Assembly: GCA_964016885.1 (NCBI GenBank)
Contig: OZ024740.1
Location: 232,624,001 to 232,688,000, forward strand
Direction of reading: 5' to 3'
From: Eledone cirrhosa
Lineage: Eukaryota
Length of the DNA stretch: 64,000 nucleotides
Position 1 is the first letter of the stretch. Each line of letters starts with the position of its first letter. Positions 40,955 through 54,355 of the stretch are shown here, piece by piece. The position numbers and the translations under genes were made by a program. Under the pieces are notes generated by a model, which was given only the letters and a program-made list of their open reading frames with translations, ran no database searches and was not told where the DNA came from.

Positions 40955-41141
40955 TTGTTTCTACTTTAGGCACAAGGCCAGCAATTATCCAGTGCATTAC
41001 TGGTACTTTATTTTATCGACCCCGTAAGGATGAAAGGCAAAGTCAACCTCGGCGGGATTTGAACTCAGATCGTAAAGGGACGTAACTATGCTGTAAAGCA
41101 TGGCGTCCGTCCCTCTACCAATACTGCCAATCCACCGCCCT
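40955..41141 (-). mobile_element. Main-family SINE with TSD ACCTAACTAATAAT; a 3' fragment in the opposite orientation lies at 40815-40905
   Basis: Consensus match; TSD at about 40942 and 41143. Confidence 0.9.
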
Positions 41142-42168
41142 TACCTAACTAATAATGTTCGCTCCTAGAACCTAACTAATAATGTTCGTGGAAACCACCA
41201 CATATTCGCGGTATCGAAAATATCTTCCGGCTTTTGTCTTGGCAATATATAATTTTTTAACGCTAAATTATTGGTAACAATATACCGTATTTGCCGGCCT
41301 TTGCATAGGACGTTCCCTCTTATTTTAAATTATAATTTACGTTATATGTTGACGTTTATAGGCATTTTTATGGACCACGCCCAATATTCGCGGTTTTCAC
41401 TCTTTGTGAGTTCTCTAGGAACGTAACGCGCGCAAATACCGGGGGACAACTGCACACATATATATATATATTGAAATATAAACGTATATAATATTCACAT
41501 CCTTATACATACATCCACATATAAGTGTATATAATTAATACACGACACAGAAAACCACAAGTGAATGGTCGTGTGGCAGATACTGGACCCCGGGGGAAAT
41601 AATAAAACTGTCTGAAATATGACGACGACAGCAACAACATATACTACTGAAACGGAAGAGCACCGCCAGCAGCTGTATCAGTAACGACTAAAACTATAAT
41701 AGCAACTGAGGTATTAACAACGACTACAAGCCAACGGACGATCCTCTAAGTGGTCAGACGATATGCTAGAAATAGCAGCTAACTTTCTGCCAAATCACTT
41801 CCAGCAATCTTTAAAAAGGAAGCAAATACATTGAATCATGTAATCTTTATCACATATTGCATGAAAAAAATGCTATAGTCTGGCTTGGAACGCTTCTGAT
41901 TATGGGTTTCCCTGATCAGGGATGACCTATAGTTAAACTACTTGAACATGAATGAAAACATCATCAGCAACAACAACAATAACAATACCAGCAACAAACA
42001 AAACAAAAAAAAAAGACACAACACCAGCACCACCACCAAATCATACCCCCCATCCTTCTCCTCCTCCTCCTTACAATTCTTAAATCTTATCAAATCTGAT
42101 GTACTATCAAGCCGGAAACCCCAAAGTCCCTGTTCAAATGTTTGTTTTTATGGTGTTTCATAGTGGAA

Positions 42169-42218
<50 letters not shown>

Positions 42219-42231
42219 TCATACACAGACG

Positions 42232-42364
<133 letters not shown>

Positions 42365-42838
42365 TAGAGTATATGCAAGCAAACGGCTGAAAAGTTTTAC
42401 GTTTTAATTTCACCATTACTATTATTATTATTATTATTATTATTATGGTTATTATTATTATTTATACTATTCTCAATTCTTATCTTATCGACCAATTTTG
42501 TGCTTCTTTAAGTTTAACTACGTTTGTTTATTTTAAATTCTTTTACTTCTTTTTTCTCTCTTCTTGTGGTGGCTTTTTTTCTACCTTTTCTTTTATATTA
42601 TACTTTTGATGTTTTTGTTAAATATATATATTATTCTTTTATTTTTAGTCTCCAACCACTTCCATACTCCGCCTACTCTCCATTATTTTAATAGCCGGCT
42701 ACGCCACCATCGCCTCCTTATCGCCACCGCCAACACCACCAGCACCACCACCACCAACACCACCAGCACCACCACCAACACCACCAGCACCACAACAACA
42801 ACAACCATCACAAACCACCACCTCCTCCTTCTCCTCTC

Positions 42839-42869
<31 letters not shown>

Positions 42870-43216
42870 CTTCTTCTTCTTCTTCTTCTTCTTCTTCTTC
42901 TTCTTCTTCTTCTGTTGCTGCTGCTGCAGCCGTTGTTGTTGTTGCTGCTGTTGTTCTTCTATGCCATGTAATGCAGCTTAGAAACAATCATATTTCCCTA
43001 TCCTTGATCGAAATTATAAAGTACCAATCAAGTATTGGGTGGGAATTAATCGATTGCCACCACCCTCTCTTAAGAATATTAAAATCTGGTCTTGTGCCCA
43101 AGTTATAAATGATCATCCTCAGCATCATCATCATCATTCTTCTCTTCCTTCGCTGCCATCTCCTCCCCATCCACATTATCATCAACATTATCTATCAACA
43201 TTATCATCATCATCAA

Positions 43217-43400
43217 CGGTGGATTGGCAGTATCGGTAGAGGGTCAGGCACCATGCTTTGCAGCACAGTTACGTCCCTTTACAGACTGAGTTCAAATCCC
43301 GTCGAGGTTAACTTTGCCTTTCATCCTTACGGGGTCGATAAAATAATGTACCAGTAATACACTGGAATAATTGCTGGCCTTGTGTCAAAAGTAGAAAAAA
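43217..43400 (+). mobile_element. Main-family SINE
   Basis: Consensus match. Confidence 0.88.
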
Positions 43401-43432
43401 ATATCATCAACATCATCATCATGATCATCATC

Positions 43433-43481
<49 letters not shown>

Positions 43482-44441
43482 GCAACAGCAACATTTTTCT
43501 AGAAACTCTAAAAGCTTCACTACTGAAAATATTGTAACCATAACGAAATGTCCTTTACATTAGCTCAGAAATGTAAAGTGTTCAGATTGTGCTTTCCTTG
43601 GGGACATTAGCAACAAACATTTATGTTCCCATTTTATTTTATGTGCTGAAAGTCTCCACGGAATTCAATGAGATAATCCGTCTGACTTCAGCTACTGTCG
43701 TCATACATATGTTTTTTCTCTCAGATAGATCATCAATGATTTAGCGTGATAAATGAGTTCCAGTCGTGATCACCCCATTTTGATTTCGGCGTGTGTCCGG
43801 GGACTAAATTACCGGATTTGTTTTTGCCCTTTGTAAGATAGTAGGTTAAGGTTTCATGGGGATTAGACATTACATATATTATTTCTAATTGGTGGAACAA
43901 CTATATATAAGTTTCCCGTTTTGTTCGGTGTTACATGCTTTTTCTTTTTCTGGATGCATTTAACGAAGTCTAATTTCTTTCCAGCATCCAGGCGCTGTTT
44001 TTTACTGTTCTAAGCAATATCATTAATTTCTTCCCATCATTGTAGGAAGCCTTGGAAAATCCATGGACGCTTCTCTTCCTCCATTGATCAAATCATTTAT
44101 GTCGCATCTTGAAGCACTTTAGTGGAAATTAGTTGAGTATTTAATCCACGTGACATTGATAGTAATTGGCTGTGGTGATATTACCAGTGAGATTACACTG
44201 TTGCAGCAATATTTGTATTTTTCATTATTTTAAATATTCATGCTTATTTAGAAATGTCCCCTTTTGAAGCACAACCTTCTCTTCTGATGTCATTGTTTGT
44301 TCTTCTTTATTTTCCGAATTACACTCGAAAAGAAAAAAAATGCAAAACCTACCAATTTTAATTGTATGAATTCAAAATGTATTGAAATAGAGTAGAAAAT
44401 ACGCAAAATATCGAGGAAGTGTTTGAACAGCGATTGTTGTA

Positions 44442-44512
<71 letters not shown>

Positions 44513-44515
<3 letters not shown>

Positions 44516-44704
44516 AACAAGTACGACCCCGACGGCAGAGTTCAACCCGTTTCGACGGCTATTTTTGGCCAGAAATAGCCTTTGAAACGGCTTGAGCTCT
44601 GCCGTCGGGGTCATACTTGTTCCTATTACCCACTCTACTACCCTAAGTATTGAGTACTTTGGTGCGTTATGGTCCATCTGGTTCCTTACCACAATTCCTT
44701 CGTT
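44513..44704 (-). repeat. Hairpin-bearing repeat family copy, flanked by (TA)n
   Basis: ~112-nt palindrome 44513-44624 plus an ~80-nt constant flank. Confidence 0.9.
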
Positions 44705-45050
44705 ATATATATATAATAAAGTATGTCCATAGAATCATTTGATAATATATATACATCATCTCCTCTCCCAATCAGCATAGTCAATCACACAAAAAAAAAC
44801 AATTAAACAAGGCTATAAGATTAAAAGTCACCTATGAAGAAATAATAGATAAATAAACGACAGCCATCTATTCGCGATCAACAGCTATAGAATATTTACC
44901 CAACATTTCTAGTAGCACGTGGAAATCGATTAAATATATCGTCAACCATACACAATTAGGTATAAAATCAAAGTTAGAAGAAAAAATGTATATAAGCATA
45001 CCAAAATTATGTTTAAAATTATGTTTTATATATATATATATATAGATATA

Positions 45051-45164
<114 letters not shown>

Positions 45165-45207
45165 AAGGAAATACAAAGTTTAGGTGATAAAATCCTTTAT
45201 TGATAAG

Positions 45208-45285
45208 GCTGTAATACCTATGTCGAGGACGACATTGATTGCGAAATTCAGAGTAGAAGCCACTTCCATGCTCTCTTCAGACAGC
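45208..45285 (-). ncRNA. Hammerhead ribozyme motif with a GAAA to GACA change
   Basis: Minus strand: GCTGT-CTGAAGA-GAG...CTC-GACA-TAGGTA-TT-ACAGC, then AATAAA 6 nt later, then (CT)/(TA) microsatellite. Confidence 0.68.
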
Positions 45286-45310
45286 GATTGCTCATGAATC
45301 GAATGCCAGG

Positions 45311-45366
<56 letters not shown>

Positions 45367-45965
45367 CCTATCTCTGATTTTGTTTTGTTTTCATTGCTCT
45401 ATACAGATTTCACGCTCACACTAGATGGTAACTAGTAGAAAAGAGAGAATTAGAGAGAGGGAGAGTAGGGGAACGTTAAATGGAATAAAAAAATTAAATG
45501 TTCACTTAAAGCGAAGTATATTCTGCAAATAAGATGGCGTTTACATTGTGTGTTCAATCACTTCCAACGGGAAGTTGACAACTGAAAGAAGCTTGATTCA
45601 AAAGTAGTTAGTTAGCACTCTCTTCCTGTAAGAAATCGTCCTTTGGTGTTTAAACATCCTGCCTTTATTAAGACGTTAAAGGATATGGGAAGAGTATGTG
45701 AGTTCTTCAACTCTTTAACAATATAAGATAAAAAAAAGAATACTAGTAATAAGGATTTATAAGGAGCTAAATCCATAAGTCAATATGTCTTGTACAATAA
45801 ATTTAATCCGTACTTAGTGTAATTATTTGGACGTATTTATAGCTACTTTATACTATTAAGGCTTATACAAAAAACCGCTCTCGTCATTAACTGCATCGTA
45901 TTTAAGGAGACATTTTCGTAGCCCTTATTTGACCATTACTATGAAATATTCAAGGTTAATATTAC

Positions 45966-46074
<109 letters not shown>

Positions 46075-46302
46075 TATATATATATATAACATTAATTGGA
46101 AATGTCTGAAGCGATGAGTGTATATGAATATTCGTAAAATTTGAGTATTCTCAGCGTAAAAGGTAGCCGTTACCAGCTGTATACTATTTGCTTAGTAAAA
46201 TGTTGGGGGTTAAGATATAACCACAGATCGAACGGAGATCATGAGAGGGAGAGAAAGGAAGAGAGAATGAGATATGAGGGGCTTATATATAGAGAGAGAA
46301 AT

Positions 46303-46334
<32 letters not shown>

Positions 46335-46504
46335 CCTTCACCCTTAGTGGGTAGAGCATTATTGGGCTCGAAAAGTACAGTGGTCGGGATTTTACATATC
46401 ACTATACCCACTCTACATCTCCCCATGTATCGAGCACTCCCATGATTATTGATCTCCTCTGTTACAGCAACGCGGACTCTATTTATATGTACGTATATAT
46501 ATGT

Positions 46505-47030
46505 CACGTCGCTCTCGAGTTCTACTGGTAACATGTAACCCAGTACAATCTGTCTCATGGTCGGATCGTTGGCGTCTAAACTGGCATCCCCACCAAGCGT
46601 GCTTGATGAGGAGGGCGATATTCGGACACCCTGCAGGATGAAATACAACACCCGGCGAAGGGCGGAGAAACTAAGCAGAGTCAACGGCCATCCAAATAGA
46701 ACTTATTTTTTTATTTTTACACTGGGAGTAAAAGGCCCCCAGTTGTTGTCACAACACTTTTCTAAGAGAGGGAAACTGAAAAAAAACCTGCGGCTTTGGA
46801 ATCATCCGATGATGTTTACCATTTCTCCTTTTCGGGTAGTGTTTTCTATGCCCAGAGAGTGGGATTGGTCGCATGCAAGGCAATTCTCCATTTAAAATCT
46901 TTCAAAGCACAGGGATTGCTTGTTCAGGATATGTTACAGGTTCGTGTGGCTGCCTGTAGCCTAAAAGAGCACCATTTTCTGTAATCGGACAAGCGATAGC
47001 AATACTCTTAGCAGAGTTTGCAGCCATCAT
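46505..47030 (+). mobile_element. Diverged relative of the RTE-derived element at 38423
   Basis: CTACTGGTAACATGTA..CCAGTACAA.CTGTCTCATGGTCGG.TCGTTGGCG.CTAAACTGGCA shared; tail GAGTT.GCAGCCA.CAT. Confidence 0.75.
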
Positions 47031-47049
47031 ATATATATTTATATAGAGG

Positions 47050-47250
47050 TGGGGTAGATTGCCAGTATCGTCGAACAATATGCTTTGCGGCACATAATTG
47101 TGGCCCTTAACGTTCTGACTTCAAATCCTGCCGAGGTTAGCTTTGTTTTTCATCCTGACAGTGTCAATAAAACAAAGTACCAGCACTCGGGTCGATTTAA
47201 TTGACTTTCACCACCCCTAAAATCGTTGACCTTCTGCTTAAATCAGAAAG
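47050..47250 (+). mobile_element. Diverged main-family SINE
   Basis: B-box and core recognisable. Confidence 0.7.
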
Positions 47251-47620
47251 AATATGTACGTGTGTGTTTGTGATTGTGTGTGTGAATATATATATATATA
47301 TATATGTATATATATTTATTCATATATATCTAACTATATATTATATATATACATAAGTATACACTCATATACCAAGACAAGTTAACATATCTCTCTACCT
47401 CACTATCTGTATATCTTTATCTCACAATTCTTATCAACCCTAGTTCCCAAAACATTGTCTTTTTTTACTTGTCTCTTTAGTAAATCTTTCGCAACTCTTC
47501 TCTTTTCTAGTAACTTCTCATTCAATTTATTTGTCTCCCCCGTCTTGTTATATATTTATGACCCCAATTCTCTTTATCTCTCTTTCTTCATATATGTGCA
47601 CCTCTACCTCCATTTGTTAG

Positions 47621-47678
<58 letters not shown>

Positions 47679-48055
47679 CATTATAAAGAAATCTATCTAT
47701 CTATCTATCTATCTATCTATACATCTATTTTTGACATGGCACACCCATACTATATATATTACACAACAACACCAACAATCATACTCATTGAAACAAGACC
47801 ACTCTTTCCCTCACACCTCTACTCTCGGCTTCTCCACCTCTTCTTTATGTCTTATCATCACACTCTCCTCTCCTCTCCTCTCCTCTCTTCAATACATTTT
47901 CGGATATTCGTCACCAGACTTCCCACCGCCACATAATCCTCTATCATCTTATCTTAGGTTCTATTTCTGCCTAAACCTCAGCCACCATACTGCTACTACT
48001 GCTGTTACTGCTGCTACTGCTGCTACTGCTGCTACTACTACTACTACTACTGCTG

Positions 48056-48121
<66 letters not shown>

Positions 48122-48253
48122 ACTCAGTTTTGCTACTACTACATTCACATTCTCTTCAGGTTAAATTCTGCTACTACCTCAACAGTGTTACTACAACTAT
48201 CGTCACCGCTACTACCACTATGGACAACACCTACACTATCATCCATACAACAA

Positions 48254-48316
<63 letters not shown>

Positions 48317-48529
48317 AACTACTACTACTACTACTACAACCATGACACCACGAATGCATTCCCAAAATTATTAATCATGGTTATTACAACGGCCCTTAAA
48401 AATATGGGATGTTTATGACTACAAAGTTATTTTTGTCGGTTTTAGGGTTAAAAATAGCAATAACTCCATTACTAAGTTAGTCATAACTAATTTAATGACC
48501 AACGCCTCCATTAATATGACCAGTGGCAT

Positions 48530-48715
48530 ATTTAATAGAATGATTGTCGTGCCGCTTCCTCTTCGCATCGGTTGCCAGGTGTACTCGGACTCCCTCCTGC
48601 TGAGTTCCTCTGCAAGATCGGAACGTCAGCAGCCCGTTTGATGAAGGAGCCACGCAAGGCTGTTACAAAGGATATCGCTGGGCATTGTCTACGGAAATGC
48701 GCAGCACCAACACCA
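48530..48715 (+). mobile_element. Short 3' fragment of a CRE-clade LINE endonuclease
   Basis: GVLG...EFLCKIG....KEPR and, after a frameshift, LQRISLGIVYGNA; parallels 32799-33242. Confidence 0.7.
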
Positions 48716-48821
48716 CCACACCCTAGGCCTAGAGCACACGACTCTCCCTCTTCCCCCTTCCATTCTTCTGTGACCACTGCTCTTTCCTTCATTTTCCGTT
48801 TTTAAATATCTGTAGTGTTGT

Positions 48822-49008
48822 TAGCGGTATCAGTATCAGTAGAGGGTCGGACACCATGCTTTGCAACATAGAGTTATGACCCTTTACGGTATGAGTTGAA
48901 ATCCTGCCGAGGTTAACTTTGCCTTTCATCCTTACAATCGATAAAATAAAGCACTAGTAATGCACTGAGGTAACTTCTTGCCTTGTGCCAAAAGTAGAAA
49001 CAATTATT
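48822..49008 (+). mobile_element. Main-family SINE
   Basis: Consensus match. Confidence 0.85.
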
Positions 49009-49710
49009 TGAATAGATTTATTATAATTTTTAACAAAAATTATTAATAAAGATATTCCAACGAAAAAAAAAATGTTGATTAGAAGCCCTTCAGAAGCGAG
49101 CTCTAACTTCGGAATGTAGCACAAAATGCAATGCCCAAAGTTATCAAAATCTGCCAGTTTGAGTAAATCCGTCGATTGTATTGGTTACGTTCCATAGCCA
49201 TTACAAAAGTGGAATGAACAAGACCTCGATAGATGGGGATTTTCGTCATCAGATTGACATCTGACAAACCAGATTAGGCTTTCAAGACGACAAAATGCAT
49301 TTCGCAGTTCATGCGAACATCTATTAAGTCTTTATCGTGAGTTCATAGGTGTAGTCAGAGACAGTGACACTGAATTCCCTTCACACCTGTAACATTTTTC
49401 AGAGCATGACGCACAATTTACAGGATCGTACGACTGAGGCTGTTGGAGATTGAATACTGCCCTACCGTACACGTAAGTGAATTTCGAAAATGTCAGATTC
49501 CTCGCTATAAGTGCGAACCTTTGTTCGTGGAGGTTTGTAGTAAGGTTGAACTAAGTTCAGGAAGTCAATACGAGTTTTCAATAGTTTTCGTTTCTCATGT
49601 ATAAATATTACAATTATATATTATATTACAAACACACACACACAAACACACATACACAGGCACCACACACACACACACACACATATATATGTGTGTTTAT
49701 ATATATATAT

Positions 49711-50795
49711 ATCACCTTGATCACCTTCACCGACCAGTCTGTCAGGCGTCCATTCGGCGCCGCTGGTCACAGCACGCCCTCCATTCTTCTCTGGATCGTG
49801 CTTTCCTCATCCATGTAGTCCCAGTCGTATTCCTAAAATAGTAACTCCACCGCCGTGGAGGCCTTCCGATTGGTCGTTTCCGCTTGCGCGGGTACCACTC
49901 GGTAAATGCGCGGGTCCACCGATTATCGGTGAACCGGGCGACGTGTCCAGCCCATCTGAACCTGCTGCGCATATCACGCCGGACTTCTGTCTGATGACAT
50001 CACTCCTGATGTGCTCTCTCAACGAGATTCCTAGCATTGATCTCTCCATGGCTCTTTGAGCCGTTACCAGTCTCTGTTCTTCTCTCTTCGTTGTAGCCCA
50101 AGTTTCACTGCCATATAACATTGCAGGTAAAACTGTGCTATTGAAGAGGTTGGCGCGGGTGGTCTTTCCAATCTCCCCTTGAGCACATCCCTTATGCCGC
50201 TGAACGCCTTCCATCTGGCCCTTACTCTCCGCGAGATCTACCTCTCAATTTCTCGGCGCATGTTCACTTCTTGTCCTATGTAGACGTATTCCTCCACCTC
50301 CTCTATTTCATCACCGCCAACAACCATTCGACCTGTTGGTACGTTGGTTCGTTTTCATGCGGTTCATCTTGAGGTCTGCTGCAGAGCTTTTGATGTCGAG
50401 CTCCGCCAGCATGGTCTGAAGCTGATCCGTGGTTTCAGCGATGAGTACGATGTCATCAGCGAAACGTAGGTGGGTAAGTATCTCACCGTCGATGTTGACA
50501 CCGCCTTGCCAGTCAATGACTCTGATGATCTGCTCGAGACACACGGTGAAAAGTTTTGGAGAGATCGTATCTCTTGCTTCACTCCCTTCTCGACCGGCAC
50601 TCGTACGGGTGATGACAGCAGAGCTATGTCGGTGGTGCATCCGGAACTCGCCTCCCTGCGCAGTTGAACGTATTGCGCCTCGACTCCTTGCCTCTTCAGC
50701 GAGTTCAGCACTGCGTAGATTTCGACGCTGCCGAAGGCCTTCTCGTAGCCTTACTATGACAAAACTGATTGAGCGAGCGAAAGAGTACAATATGC

Positions 50796-50800
<5 letters not shown>
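49711..50800 (-). mobile_element. 5'-truncated RTE-clade LINE with an inverted 5' piece
   Basis: YEKAF, KGVKQ.DTISPKLF, HLRFADDIVLIA, VLPAMLYGSETW, RWAGHVAR, GRPPRRW; short tandem tail (AAGGTGA..)2. Confidence 0.92.
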
Positions 50801-50825
<25 letters not shown>

Positions 50826-50826
<1 letters not shown>

Positions 50827-51035
50827 GCAAGGTTTTTGATATGAAATCCTGTGTTGAAACAAATATTGTTATATTTGGGGCGGGTCATATTGTTATAATA
50901 TTTTCAGAAATAATAATAGAACACACTCACTGCGAGTGTGTTCTATTATTATTTCTGAAAATATTATAACAATATGACCCGCCCCAAATATAACAATATT
51001 TGTTTCAACACAGGATTTCATATAAAAAACCTTGC
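50826..51035. repeat. Near-perfect ~210-bp palindrome between (TA)n tracts
   Basis: Arms reverse-complementary around CACACTC-ACTGC-GAGTGTG. Confidence 0.95.
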
Positions 51036-51041
51036 AATATA

Positions 51042-51076
<35 letters not shown>

Positions 51077-51080
<4 letters not shown>

Positions 51081-51263
51081 AATTGTTCAAGATCCAGACT
51101 GCAGAGCTCAAACCGTTTCGACGGCTATTTCGGACGGAAATATTTCTGCGTCTAGAAATAGCCGTCGAGGGTCTTGAACAATTTCCTATTACCCACTCTA
51201 CTACCCTAAGTATTGAGTACTCTGGTGCGTTAAGGTCCACCTGGTTCCTTACTACACTTCCTT

Positions 51264-51270
<7 letters not shown>
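51077..51270 (-). repeat. Hairpin-bearing repeat family copy
   Basis: Homologous to 44513-44704. Confidence 0.88.
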
Positions 51271-51330
<60 letters not shown>

Positions 51331-51491
51331 GTATAGGATTACCCAAGATGTAGTAATGGTTAATTACTACACTGGATATGGTTGACGTACGGTGAGAGGT
51401 TACTCTACAATTTATGGAAGAATTGTTGAAGAAACTTAGTTCCCGATCCTTCTGTATTCCTGATCCTTCTGTATTCCTGATCCTTCTGTAT

Positions 51492-51672
51492 TATAAAGAA
51501 TGAATAATAACAGGTAGACATCATAAAAAGGTAATTTATTCCGTGTGCGTACAAATGTTTCCACGGTGGTACTACAGCCTAGTTATGCTATGTGCAAATT
51601 TACACCGTGGAAACATTTGTACGCACACGGAATAAATTACCTTTTTATGATGTCTACCTGTTATTATTCATT

Positions 51673-51680
<8 letters not shown>
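51492..51680. repeat. 77-bp inverted repeat, each arm carrying a hammerhead-like 3' half
   Basis: Arms 51492-51568 and 51603-51679; GAAA-CATTTG-TA-CGCACACGG-AATAAA. Confidence 0.85.
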
Positions 51681-51734
<54 letters not shown>

Positions 51735-52354
51735 AAGAGCTGCGATTATGCTGTACTTCCATTTGTATTATTACCTCCTAGACTTAATGATTAATTGATT
51801 AATTTAATTAGACAATTCTATTGATTGGTTAATTATTTATGTTTGTATAATAACGTCTGGTCGAGAGCTTTATTCGGTTTGTGGAAAGGAATTTAATCCT
51901 TTGTTCAAAATTTGAATTTTGAAAACCAAATACCGGGGGTTACCTCCCTTCGGGAAAACCATATGCCTGCCCGCAATGTTTATTGCTAAAATTTACAACC
52001 GGCGCGGCTGAGAACAGGAACCTGTTGAGAAAGTGAATCCTCTGTTCGATCTTCCAAACCAATAACTTGCATGCCCCGCATGTGGATTTTGTTGATTTCG
52101 GACTTATAGACACCTAGCGGAGATATTACATAATATCGACGCGATGGTCCAGGTTTGTCATATTTTCCTGAGTCAATTTTCTCGTTGCTTTGGTCCTTGC
52201 GGCTGTCTTACCGGTGGCTATCTTCAATTTGCAAAGCTGTCTAAACGTAATGTTATTACTCTAATGTTATTACAATTGAGTGCTTAGCAGCACATTCCGT
52301 TTGCATTCGTCAGCTTAGCTGCAGCCAGAGCTTCGATTATGCTGTATTTATATT

Positions 52355-52402
<48 letters not shown>

Positions 52403-52651
52403 GGTTGACTGACATTAAAATGGGATTATGAATCCAAATTATCGCAGATGAGATATTATCGGCCCATCATCTAATGGCATCTGAAACTGGCCAGTCAGTT
52501 TCCTGTATACGAGCGATAAATGGCCGGCTCTGCCAAATTCAAAACCTTTTTCGCTCTACATGACTGAATACAATAAATGTAATCTGAGTTTTTCGAATAT
52601 TAAAAACATTCGTTTCGTTTGCATTTATTCAAACGAATCGAATGTTATTAC

Positions 52652-52840
52652 GTGGATTGGCAGTGTCGGTAGAGGGTCGGACGTCATGCTTTGACGTATA
52701 GAGTTACGGCCCTTGCCATTCTGAGTTCAAATCCCGCCGAGGTTAGCTTTGCCTTTCATCCTTACGGGGTCGATAAAATAAAATATCAGTAATGTAATTG
52801 GTAATTACTGGCCTTGTGCCAAAAGTAGAAACAATTATTA
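52652..52840 (+). mobile_element. Main-family SINE inserted into a palindrome
   Basis: Consensus match. Confidence 0.88.
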
Positions 52841-52918
52841 ATATTGGAATAACTCAGATTACATTTATATATATATATATATAATTTTATGCATACTTAC
52901 ATATATATATCTATATAT

Positions 52919-53085
52919 AACGAAGGAGGTGTGGTAAGGAACCAGATGGACCATAACGCACCAGAGTACTCAATACTTAGGGTAGTAGAGTGGGTAATAT
53001 GAAAATGTTTGACCCCGACGGCAGAGCTCAAGAAATAGCCGTTAAAACGGCTTGAGCTCTGCCGCCTGGGTCAAACATTTTCCTA
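52919..53085 (+). repeat. Hairpin-bearing repeat family copy
   Basis: Homologous to 5807-5924 and 44513-44704. Confidence 0.88.
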
Positions 53086-53301
53086 TATCATTATAGTAAT
53101 AATACACATATTAATAATAAAAAATGTGAAGAATAAAATCCAAAGAGGGCTCGATAAGGATTATATATATATATATATATAAATATATATAAAAACCGTA
53201 GAAACTTTAATCTGTTATTTTCGTAAATATATATATAAATAAATATATATATATATACAATGATATTAAATAAATGGAAACTATATTTATAAAACCATAT
53301 T

Positions 53302-53363
53302 TATTCTATTATATATATTTCAAGGGTACCAACAACTTTGGTACGCTTTCATCAGATAAAATA
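53302..53363 (-). ncRNA. Minimal hammerhead ribozyme motif (left arm of an inverted pair)
   Basis: Near reverse complement of 53486-53547. Confidence 0.85.
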
Positions 53364-53485
53364 CAAAGTGTGTTTTATAAATTTTGAAATAGCCAGTTGA
53401 ATTTTCCTTGGATAGTCTATTCAAGAAAAATTCAACTGATAATGTATGTTCCTTGGCTATGTCAACATTTATAAAACACACTTTG

Positions 53486-53547
53486 TATTTTATCTGATGA
53501 AAGCGTACCAAAGTTTGTGGTACCCTTGAAATATATATAATAGAATA
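53486..53547 (+). ncRNA. Minimal hammerhead ribozyme motif (right arm of an inverted pair)
   Basis: TATTTTAT-CTGATGA-AAGcGTACCA..TGGTACcCTT-GAAA-TATATA-TA-ATAGAATA with overlapping AATAAA. Confidence 0.87.
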
Positions 53548-53681
53548 AATATTGTTTTATAAATATAGTTTCCATTTATTTAATATCATTGAATATTTAC
53601 TCCAGAAATTTGTCGAGTGCTCTGAATCAGTTATAAACATTTATATTTGTTGAATTACCAACAAATTAAATATCCCTTCTG

Positions 53682-53725
<44 letters not shown>

Positions 53726-53753
53726 TATATATAAATATATATATACACATAAA

Positions 53754-53789
<36 letters not shown>

Positions 53790-53975
53790 GTATGCTGACT
53801 GCCTACACTTATTTCTACTAAAGTACCAGTAATCCACTGGTTTATTGCTGGCCTTGTGCCAAATGTAGAAACAACTATTATTTCTATCACTAATGCTGAT
53901 TTTCTTTTTCATATTAAATCATATTTCGTTTCTTTTACTTCTTTCATAGTCGGCGTCGTCGTCGTCACCGTCCTT

Positions 53976-54027
<52 letters not shown>

Positions 54028-54309
54028 CCAGCATCCCATCTACCATCACTATCGGAAACGCTCCTACACCAACTACAATTAACACAAACACGACCCTCAT
54101 CACCATCGCCACCATCCCTCACCTCCCTGTCATCACAATCATCATCGTAATCCACATAGGTAGTATCACTATCATCAGTAGATCAACACTAACAAACAAC
54201 ATCGACTCTGCCACCAACCACCTAACGTACACCACCATTTTATCATCATAATCACTTCTCCTCACCTTCAAATTTAACCGCTGCGATTGTCTTTATCACT
54301 GATCTTTGC

Positions 54310-54312
54310 TGC

Positions 54313-54355
<43 letters not shown>

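Noticed and set aside
41160-41452. Possible Tigger-like MITE end (GGGGGACAACTG)
   Set aside because: Matching opposite TIR and TA TSD not found
49225-49260. Minus-strand CTGATGA-C-GAAA
   Set aside because: No room for stem II and no stem I
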